Source: an uncultured Candidatus Saccharibacteria bacterium
GTDB taxonomy: Bacteria; Patescibacteriota; Minisyncoccia; Phycocordibacterales; CAIJYI01
DNA: 64,000 nucleotides
Direction: 5' to 3'
NCBI GenBank assembly: GCA_964410165.1
Contig: CAYPFT010000002.1
Span: forward strand, 367 to 64,366
In this document: one piece after another, positions 27,612 to 34,846 of the stretch
Position numbering within the stretch: the first letter of the stretch is position 1
How the letters are laid out: each line of letters begins with the position of its first letter
Made by a program: the position numbers and the translations under genes
The notes under the pieces: generated by a model
The model's input: the letters and a program-made list of their open reading frames with translations, nothing else
Databases searched by the model: none
What the model was told of the DNA's origin: nothing

Positions 27612-28484
27612 ATGAAAAAGACAATTAAAAAAGCCATTCTTCCGGTTGCGGGAATGGGAACACGGTTTCTTCCGGCGACGAAAGCTCAACCAAAAGAGAT
27701 GCTTGCGGTGGTGGATAAGCCGGTGGTGCAATACATCGTCGAAGAGCTCGTCGAGTCCGGCATTGAGGAGATCATCTTCGTCACCGGCCGCGGAAAGCGC
27801 GCCATTGAAGATCACTTCGATATTTCCTATGAGCTTGAAAACATGCTCGTGGAAAAGCAGAAACACGAACTCATCGAGCAAGTGCGGAAAATCCCGCACC
27901 TCGCCCGTTTTTCCTATGTGCGGCAAAAGACAGCGCTCGGCGATGGCGACGCCATTGATCAGGTGGCGCACCTTGTGGGAGAAGAGCCGGTACTCGTGGT
28001 GTTCGGCGATTGTCTGTATGACAGCATTATTCCCGGCTCTCTTCAGCTCATTGAGGCCTACGAGAAATACCAAGCGCCCATTATTGGTCTTGCGGAGATA
28101 CCGATGGACGAAGTTTCAAAATTCGGAGTTATAGATGGCTCGAAGATTAATGAAAGAGACTGGAAGATCAGCCGCTTCGTCGAGAAGCCGAAAAGAGAGG
28201 ACGCGCCTTCGAATATCGCCGTACCCGGGAAATATGTTTTGACGCCGGAGATATTCAAAAAACTCAGGACAATGACGAAGTGGAAATCGGGAGAAAAGCG
28301 GCTTGCCGATGTCTTCGACGCTCTGCTTGAAGAGGGAAGCCCCATCTACGGCCGCATTCTCGAGGGCACATGGCTTGACACGGGGGATAAATTTAATTTT
28401 GTAAAAGCGACGATACATCTCGGGTTGAAACATCCGGAGATAGGAGAAAAACTGCGAGCATATCTCAAGGGGCTGGAGATATAA
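27612..28484 (+). CDS. galU: UTP--glucose-1-phosphate uridylyltransferase
   Basis: N-terminus AILPVAGMGTRFLPATKAQPKEML matches the GalU signature. Confidence 0.85.
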   Translation: MKKTIKKAILPVAGMGTRFLPATKAQPKEMLAVVDKPVVQYIVEELVESGIEEIIFVTGRGKRAIEDHFDISYELENMLVEKQKHELIEQVRKIPHLARFSYVRQKTALGDGDAIDQVAHLVGEEPVLVVFGDCLYDSIIPGSLQLIEAYEKYQAPIIGLAEIPMDEVSKFGVIDGSKINERDWKISRFVEKPKREDAPSNIAVPGKYVLTPEIFKKLRTMTKWKSGEKRLADVFDALLEEGSPIYGRILEGTWLDTGDKFNFVKATIHLGLKHPEIGEKLRAYLKGLEI

Positions 28485-28489
28485 TAGGT

Positions 28490-28535
28490 AGGGCTTTTAT
28501 TCTTTTCGGTTTTTGTGGTAAGAAGAGGGGAGACT
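28490..28535 (+). promoter_or_regulatory. Conserved ~45-bp upstream motif, copy 1 (GGGCTTTTATTCTTTTCGGTTTTTGTGGTAAGAAGAGGGGAG)
   Basis: Near-identical copy at 30700-30745. Both follow a terminator and precede an ORF by ~30-40 bp. Confidence 0.4.
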
Positions 28536-28562
28536 TCTCAGCTAACATACGAGGTATAAATT

Positions 28563-29267
28563 ATGAACCGGCGAGAATTTTTGTCGCTTTTTGTGGAAAA
28601 TACAAAGAAACGAAGCAGGACATCATCAGGGGTTGGCGAAACGTCAATAAGTCCAATGAAGAAAGGGTTGTTAAAGGCGGGCGAGGACTTGAAGCGGCAA
28701 GTTCACGAGAATACGCTCATGCTTGCCGAAGAAATATGGGGGGTACCATTCGTATATTTTGAAGCTTCTCGCATACGCTCCTTGTTGGAAAATTGGTTTG
28801 ATATCATTCAAAAAGATATTTTCGACAGAGAGGCGTGTTCCCTCGAACGATCTCGGCAGGGGAAACATTCCGTTACCATGCTCCATGGTTTGAGTTGTCG
28901 GTCCAACAACAAATATCGCTTCTGGGAAGTGAACTATGCGTTCCCTGAACACAACCCGCCGCCGGAGTATCTTGAGGTGTGGATGGATGTTTTTTATGCG
29001 GAAATTGTGAAAAAAATGATACAGACTGACGGTACATCGGTAAATTCGGTCGCTAAGTTGTTGGCGTGGGCGGACAGGGAAATGGATTTCATCATTCACC
29101 CATGGAGCGATGGATGCGGACGAATGTCGACCGCTCTCGTCATGTGGCTTGCGCTTCGGGTATCGAAAGTCGGTTTGCCAAAGTTTGGCAAACGAGAGAA
29201 ACATTACAAAACAATAAAAACAACCACGAAGCATACGGAGTATTTTCTTAAATGCCTCAAGTCGTAA
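28563..29267 (+). CDS. Fic/Doc (Fido)-like protein with non-canonical motif
   Basis: HPWSDGCGRMSTALVMW resembles the Fic motif HPFx[DE]GNGRxxR, with H, P, D, G, G and R conserved and N replaced by C. Confidence 0.4.
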   Translation: MNRREFLSLFVENTKKRSRTSSGVGETSISPMKKGLLKAGEDLKRQVHENTLMLAEEIWGVPFVYFEASRIRSLLENWFDIIQKDIFDREACSLERSRQGKHSVTMLHGLSCRSNNKYRFWEVNYAFPEHNPPPEYLEVWMDVFYAEIVKKMIQTDGTSVNSVAKLLAWADREMDFIIHPWSDGCGRMSTALVMWLALRVSKVGLPKFGKREKHYKTIKTTTKHTEYFLKCLKS

Positions 29268-29326
29268 GCGGCTCACGCGCCTTGTCCCCTTGTCGGACAA
29301 GGCGCTTTTTGCAATACTGAAAAGTA

Positions 29327-29944
29327 ATGACCGAAGACAACACAGAAAAAAACGACAGAGAAAAAATTCTTGCGTATATAAAAAAGAAACACGATGGGCA
29401 GATGCGCGCCGAGAATGTTCCGACGTGGCATCATCTCGCCCGGGTGGCTCATATTTTGGAAACCGTTTTGGAAAAACACAAAGAGGGGACGGCGGAGGAA
29501 AGGCAAGCGATAATCCGCGCCGGTTACGGACACGACCTTTTGGAAGATACGAATGCCACGGAGAAAGAGCTTGTCGAAATTTTTGGTACAGATGGGGCGC
29601 GTATTATCCACGGGGACACAAACGAATGGGGCGATGACGATGTGCGTCCGTATGTGGAGAAAATGCGCCATGAGCCGGAGAGTGTCCGCCTCGCAAAACT
29701 TGCCGACCTCTATGATAATGTCAGCAATGTCACCTATTGCCTCTCCGCGCTTGGAGCGGAGTGGGTAACTTCATATTTTCTTCGCGTTGTGACGCCTATG
29801 TATGAAATGGTTATTGATTCACCGTTTACTGTCTACGAAAAGTCCGGAAATGAATTAAAAGCAATGGCTCAAAACGCTTTTTCGCTCCTTCATGACGAAT
29901 TTTCGCGATATGTCTCCTCGTTGCCGAGCGGAATCCCTCGTTGA
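29327..29944 (+). CDS. HD-domain phosphohydrolase
   Basis: H...HD...D metal ligands (WHHLARVAHI...GYGHDLLEDT), spaced like SpoT/YfbR-type HD hydrolases. Confidence 0.55.
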   Translation: MTEDNTEKNDREKILAYIKKKHDGQMRAENVPTWHHLARVAHILETVLEKHKEGTAEERQAIIRAGYGHDLLEDTNATEKELVEIFGTDGARIIHGDTNEWGDDDVRPYVEKMRHEPESVRLAKLADLYDNVSNVTYCLSALGAEWVTSYFLRVVTPMYEMVIDSPFTVYEKSGNELKAMAQNAFSLLHDEFSRYVSSLPSGIPR

Positions 29945-30001
29945 TTTTTGGCATTGCGCATGCTACTCTCCTTGTAGGTTTGAAAATCTAAGGAGAATAC
30001 C

Positions 30002-30670
30002 ATGTTCCAGTCCATTCCGCTTGAAATTTTTCAAGCACGAACCGGCATATCTCGAGACATTATGACGCCGACATGGGCGCAAGCGTCCGAAGTTGTTTCT
30101 CTTCGCGATATTGTTTCCGTTTCTTCCATACAGGTTATGTCCGAAGAGTATTTGAGAAAACTCATTTGCAGTACGACCCTTGAAGGCGATGAGCACTCTC
30201 TCGTGTACGAAAAGTGTCATATTTCTCGCGCGAGAATTGACCCGCATAATATCCTTGTGGGTCAGGCGTTTGTCGAGCGCGCGAAATATCAGAGGATGAT
30301 TGAAAATCTTTCGAGGGTGTTTGAGGGGTTTTGCGTAAATCACGGCTTTGCCAAAAGTATCGCACTTGTTGTTTTGGGGAAGATTGCCGATGGCTCTGTC
30401 GGGATTGCACACTACGTTCCTCCGATTGTGGAACAGCACCATGGCGGACTCTATCTTCTTGATGGCGTTCACCGTAATTTTCTGGTCGGTTCGGTCGGTA
30501 CTACCATTGAAGCGATTATTTTGAAAAATATCCAGATACCCTTTCCGTGCGATGTGCATACATGGTCGTCGCTTCATCCGGTTGACGAGAAACCGCCAAG
30601 AGCCGAACGATTCTATAATCTTCGTCCGGATATTTTCCGTGATCTCAAACGGGTCGGAGTGGATGGATAG
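30002..30670 (+). CDS. Hypothetical protein with a ParB/Srx-like DGxHR motif
   Basis: LYLLDGVHRNF resembles the DGQHR/DGQQR-type motif of the ParB-like nuclease superfamily. The overlapping antisense ORF 29963-30577 is Arg-rich low-complexity and is rejected. Confidence 0.4.
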   Translation: MFQSIPLEIFQARTGISRDIMTPTWAQASEVVSLRDIVSVSSIQVMSEEYLRKLICSTTLEGDEHSLVYEKCHISRARIDPHNILVGQAFVERAKYQRMIENLSRVFEGFCVNHGFAKSIALVVLGKIADGSVGIAHYVPPIVEQHHGGLYLLDGVHRNFLVGSVGTTIEAIILKNIQIPFPCDVHTWSSLHPVDEKPPRAERFYNLRPDIFRDLKRVGVDG

Positions 30671-30699
30671 GCGCGATACATATTTTTGAAAGCCCGCAG

Positions 30700-30745
30700 C
30701 GACCGGGCTTTTTTCTTTTCGGTTTTTGTGGTAAGAAGAGGGGAG
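30700..30745 (+). promoter_or_regulatory. Conserved ~45-bp upstream motif, copy 2
   Basis: GGGCTTTTTTCTTTTCGGTTTTTGTGGTAAGAAGAGGGGAG directly after the terminator hairpin AGCCCGCAGCGACCGGGCT. It precedes the RBS AAGGGAGG and the ATG at 30784. Confidence 0.4.
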
Positions 30746-30783
30746 TTTATTCTTTTACATCGCAACATAAGGGAGGCAGTACT

Positions 30784-31929
30784 ATGATTTTACACTACGA
30801 CCAACTGTTACAGTTTGCATTTCCGCCAAGCGGACCAAGCCTTATTTCCGGGGAAGTTCCTCTGAAGAGAGGGCAGATGCAGTCCGAATCGGTGGACTGC
30901 CGTTTGGGCGATCGAGTATATCGCATGCGTTCATCGGCTCTTCCGCGAAAGAACGAAACAGTCGAGCAGCTGATAAATGATTACTGCATGTACGATTTTT
31001 CTCTTCCTGAAAAAGAAGCGCGGGTTTTGGAGGCCGGGGCGTGCTACATTATTCCGCTCCAAGAAAAAGTTTTGATGTCTCCGGAATATTCGGTTTTGTT
31101 TTCTCCGAAAAGTTCCACGGGAAGATGTTTCGTTTTTGTGAGAGTACTCACGGACAACAACACCTATTACGACTGTATCAAGGGCGGATATTCCGGTAAT
31201 TTTTATCTCGAAGTTTTACCGCTTGCTTTTACCATAAGCGTTCGGTCAGGGGTATCGTTGACGCAGTTTCGGCTGAAAGATCAATTTGAGGATAAATTAA
31301 CGACTGAGCAGATTCGCTTTATTCACCAGATGAAACTTCGGACAGGGGACGGGCTTGTTTTTTCAAAAGAAGAGAAAGCCCTTTCTTTTGATGAGTTTGC
31401 CATCTCAAACAGCCGCCTGTATTTTACCCTCGACCTCGCCCGTTCGATTGTCGGCTTTGAAGCAAAGCAGTCATGCGTCACGGAACTTCATATGGATAAA
31501 ATGGATTATCATGATGCGGAAGATTTCTGGCTTCCCATTACCAGACCGAAGAACGGACAGATTATTCTTGAGCCGGGGAAATTTTACCTGCTCTCTACAA
31601 AGGAGCGGGTAAAAATACCGTCAAATTTGTGCGGCTCCGTCGTGGATTACGATGCGCGCGCCGGAGAGTTCCGGACGCATTATGCCAGTTGGTTCGGCGC
31701 CGGATTCGGCGGAGAGACAGGAATCCCCGTGGTTCTTGAGGTTCGCGGTTCAGACGCGCCGTTCCGTCTCGTGGACGGCCAACCGATATGCGGTATGGAA
31801 TTTGAGCGTCTCTTCGGCACCCCATCGCTTCTGTATGGAAAAGAAAGAAATTCAAACTATGTAATAGGTGTACCGTCTCTTTCCAAGCATTTCAAAAACA
31901 GAGAGAGTGTTTGGGGAGAAATGATTTAG
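30784..31929 (+). CDS. dCTP deaminase-like protein, long two-domain form (dUTPase-fold)
   Basis: 381 aa, a plausible two-lobed dUTPase/Dcd-like fold with a VDCRLGD Dcd-like N-terminal motif. Sits beside ThyX-like, kinase and dUTPase genes. Confidence 0.45.
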   Translation: MILHYDQLLQFAFPPSGPSLISGEVPLKRGQMQSESVDCRLGDRVYRMRSSALPRKNETVEQLINDYCMYDFSLPEKEARVLEAGACYIIPLQEKVLMSPEYSVLFSPKSSTGRCFVFVRVLTDNNTYYDCIKGGYSGNFYLEVLPLAFTISVRSGVSLTQFRLKDQFEDKLTTEQIRFIHQMKLRTGDGLVFSKEEKALSFDEFAISNSRLYFTLDLARSIVGFEAKQSCVTELHMDKMDYHDAEDFWLPITRPKNGQIILEPGKFYLLSTKERVKIPSNLCGSVVDYDARAGEFRTHYASWFGAGFGGETGIPVVLEVRGSDAPFRLVDGQPICGMEFERLFGTPSLLYGKERNSNYVIGVPSLSKHFKNRESVWGEMI

Positions 31930-31990
31930 AAATATTATTGATGCAATTTGTTTTTGCAAAAAAAGGCGCCGTAATGGCGCCTTTTTCCTA

Positions 31991-33400
31991 TCATACTTTT
32001 TTAACAATATCCTGCTCGCCGCGCTTGATGTCGAAGCGTCCGATTTCTTTGGCGGTGTGGACTTGAAGTCCATATTCGCCGAAATTGTCCGTTAAGAATC
32101 CGGCTATTCGATGGGCTTGTTTTTGGAGCGTCGGGTGGACGAACGGCGTTGCGCGAAGTTCGGCAAGGTAGACAAAAGCGGGTAAGTCTCCGGTGATACG
32201 GTTCGAGACACGGTATCCCATGGGGATATAGTATTGAGCGTCCAGAGGGGAGATATCGCTTAGGAACGAGAGCAAATCCGTTGTTTTGAGGAGTGCCACC
32301 GCCTTCTGCCGGATGTCTTCGGGAAGTTCATTGAGATACCACGGCTCGAATCCGTGTACGGTCGTGAGAAGCGGCATGCGCTGTACGACAGCCCTCTGTC
32401 GCTGAATATCTCGGAACGAACCGAAGTCAAGGAGGAAACGGAACCGAAGCGAAGATGCTTGCGCCAAAAATTTCGGGAGTTCGGTTTTTGGCGGTCTTGC
32501 GACAAGCACCTGACGGTGTTTATTCAGTTCGTCTTCATCTGTAAAGAGAACAGTTCCTTCGAATTCCGGACATTCGCCGTCAAATAAATAGTAATATTCA
32601 TGCATCCACATCTCGTTATAATTTTCCGTAGCCTCGTATCTTTTGTGTGAGAACGAGCTTGGGAAAGCTTCTCTGAGTGCCGATTCCATAGCTTCCGCGA
32701 CTGTCCGGACCTCTTCAAGCGGATGGTGGCGCAATATCGCGATTTTGTCAGCCGTTTGGCGGAGGTTGGCGTGCCACGAAAGATTGGTCATAGCGCCACC
32801 GGGAAGAAAGCTGCGTAAAATGTCAAAGGCTCTCGCCGCGATGGCCTTTTCATATTTTCCAGAATCCTCCTGCTCGGGTCTTGGAAACCGGAACCGCAAG
32901 TCTTTTTTGAGTGGCTCCAAAGATTCAAGATAAAACATCCGCAAACATTCATGAAGGTTTTTCGCCCATGAGAAACCGAGGATGTTAATAAACAGTTGTT
33001 CGGCGAAATCCACGTAGCGTGTCGAGACTTCTTGCCCCGAATACAAAAGCCAGTCTTGAATCGCTTTCGCTACGAGCATCGAAACGCCTTCAATAAAAAT
33101 GGTGACCGAACCGCAGTCGCCGATGGATTTGTGTCCGTAGCCGACGTAAAATTGCGCCATGAATTTTTCCGCGCCTTTTTTCGCAATCTCAACCAAGTGT
33201 TTGAGCACGCTTCCGGGAGAGCGCGAATAGAGTGCCTGAAGCATCGCTTCGGCTTCGGGGCCGATGAGGGCACCGGTGTTTAAGACGAGAACCATTCCGC
33301 CGTTTGGAAGCGGGCGGATGGCGTGTTTGAGTTTTTCAAATGCGCGATATTTTTGCCATTGACTGAGCAAAGCCGAGGCTTTTTGGAAATAGGAAATCAT
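31991..33400 (-). CDS. ThyX-like (flavin-dependent thymidylate synthase fold) protein, divergent and extended
   Basis: GHKSIGDCGSVTIFIEGVSMLVAKAIQDWLLYSGQEVSTRY aligns to the ThyX core GHETPFEH..FTFHVK..RQWFRHRIASYNELSGRY, but RHR is replaced by DWL. The second motif TNLSWHANLRQTADKIAILR is kept. 469 aa versus ~220-250 for canonical ThyX. Confidence 0.5.
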   Translation of the reverse strand: MISYFQKASALLSQWQKYRAFEKLKHAIRPLPNGGMVLVLNTGALIGPEAEAMLQALYSRSPGSVLKHLVEIAKKGAEKFMAQFYVGYGHKSIGDCGSVTIFIEGVSMLVAKAIQDWLLYSGQEVSTRYVDFAEQLFINILGFSWAKNLHECLRMFYLESLEPLKKDLRFRFPRPEQEDSGKYEKAIAARAFDILRSFLPGGAMTNLSWHANLRQTADKIAILRHHPLEEVRTVAEAMESALREAFPSSFSHKRYEATENYNEMWMHEYYYLFDGECPEFEGTVLFTDEDELNKHRQVLVARPPKTELPKFLAQASSLRFRFLLDFGSFRDIQRQRAVVQRMPLLTTVHGFEPWYLNELPEDIRQKAVALLKTTDLLSFLSDISPLDAQYYIPMGYRVSNRITGDLPAFVYLAELRATPFVHPTLQKQAHRIAGFLTDNFGEYGLQVHTAKEIGRFDIKRGEQDIVKKV

Positions 33401-33535
33401 AGAGTGCCTGCCCTTTTTTGTGAAAGAAAAATGTATCCATCTTCCACACTAAATGAATCGGGCGATAAGTCAACTTCCGTTCGCGCGCAGTTTGTGATTA
33501 AATGAAAGAAGATAATTTTTTGGAGACAATATACC

Positions 33536-34126
33536 ATGGCACACAAAGGCAAATTTATCGCGCTTTATGGCATTAACAATATCGGCAAATCAACGCAAAT
33601 AAAGAAATTGCAGCAAAAGTTTCATTATTTATCCATTGGCTGTTATTTTGTTAAATACGGGGTGTATGACCTCATCCCGTCGGGTCCGGAACTCAATGCG
33701 TATTTGCGTAAAGGAAATCCGGAAAATCTCTCTCCGCGCGAATTTCAGCTCATTCATGTCATTAATCGAGCTCAGTATGAGCCTCGCATTGGAGCTATTC
33801 TTTTCGGTGGGACTCATGTAATCGCCGAAGATTATACCGGAACAGGCATCGCTTGGGGTATGGGGGCCGGGGTCAACAAGGAATTCCTTTTGCGCATGAA
33901 CAGTCATTTGCGCAAGGAAGACCTCGCTATTCTTATGGACGGCGAACGATTCTCAGAGAGTATCGAAGTTGGACATGCGCATGAAGAAAAAGAGGAGTTA
34001 GTAAAAAAGGTAAGACAAATCCATCTTGAACTCGCGAAAGAGTTTGGCTGGCATGTTGTGAACGCGAATCAGTCGGACAAGAAAGTGCATAATGACATTT
34101 GGCGTATCGTCGAGCCGATTTTATGA
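33536..34126 (+). CDS. P-loop (deoxy)nucleoside monophosphate kinase, thymidylate kinase-like
   Basis: P-loop GINNIGKST near the N-terminus and a Tmk-like size (196 aa). Adjacent to dut and the ThyX-like gene. Confidence 0.5.
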   Translation: MAHKGKFIALYGINNIGKSTQIKKLQQKFHYLSIGCYFVKYGVYDLIPSGPELNAYLRKGNPENLSPREFQLIHVINRAQYEPRIGAILFGGTHVIAEDYTGTGIAWGMGAGVNKEFLLRMNSHLRKEDLAILMDGERFSESIEVGHAHEEKEELVKKVRQIHLELAKEFGWHVVNANQSDKKVHNDIWRIVEPIL

Positions 34127-34172
34127 AAACAATCTCCGTCCGCAAGGCGGAGATTTTTGCTATACTGTTTTT

Positions 34173-34601
34173 ATGACACTCATCCTCAAAATCAAACGCC
34201 TTACGGAAGACGCGAAAATTCCAAACTGCGCCCATCCGGGGGATGCGGGGCTTGATTTGTATGCGACGGAGGATGTAACGCTTGTGCCGAACGAACGCAA
34301 GGCTGTTCCGACTGGAATCGCGATGGAAATTCCCGATGGTTATGCGGGTCTTATGTGGGACAAAAGCGGGCTTTCCATAAAACACGGACTAAAAACTCTC
34401 GGCGGGGTAATAGACTCCGGTTACCGCGGAGAAGTGCTTGTCGGCATTATAAATTTGTCCGGCGAGGAATACACGATACGAAAAGGCGAAAAAATCGCGC
34501 AGATGATTATTCAGAAAAAAGAAACCATTGAGGTTGAAGAAGCGTCGGAATTAAGCGAAACCGCTCGGGGAGAAGGGGGGTTTGGGAGTACGGGGAAATG
34601 A
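34173..34601 (+). CDS. dut: dUTP diphosphatase
   Basis: dUTPase motifs AGLDLYA, RSGL-like KSGLSIKHG, GVIDSGYRGEV, GERIAQ-like GEKIAQMI and a C-terminal Gly-rich tail. An extended -10 TGCTATACT lies upstream. Confidence 0.85.
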   Translation: MTLILKIKRLTEDAKIPNCAHPGDAGLDLYATEDVTLVPNERKAVPTGIAMEIPDGYAGLMWDKSGLSIKHGLKTLGGVIDSGYRGEVLVGIINLSGEEYTIRKGEKIAQMIIQKKETIEVEEASELSETARGEGGFGSTGK

Positions 34602-34708
34602 TGAAAAAGTCCTGTCTTTGTGCTAGGATAACCGAATGAAGATGAAAGAGAATAATTACGCTTTTATCGACAGCCAGAATTTTGAAATTCACTAGTGATT
34701 GGCGCCAA

Positions 34709-34746
34709 ACAAAAGTGCCATCGGACAAGCCAGACGGCACTTTTGT
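34709..34746 (+). terminator. Rho-independent terminator after dut
   Basis: CAAAAGTGCC-ATCGGACAAGCCAGAC-GGCACTTTTG. Confidence 0.5.
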
Positions 34747-34846
34747 TGGTAGGTCTACATAAGGACGAAACCTTATGCCGACCACACCGTTACCCATGGG
34801 GATAAGTTTATATGGTAACGGTACAGAAAATAAAAGTCAATAGCGT

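Noticed and set aside
29963-30577. 204-aa minus-strand ORF overlapping the DGxHR protein gene
   Set aside because: Arg/Asn-rich low-complexity translation typical of antisense frames. The plus-strand ORF has a start-codon context and balanced composition.
34602-34846. T-box riboswitch leader upstream of argS (and likewise upstream of ileS at 44713-44864)
   Set aside because: The long structured leaders lack the conserved T-box antiterminator sequence (AGGGTGGNACCGCG) and an identifiable specifier loop. Only generic hairpins were seen.
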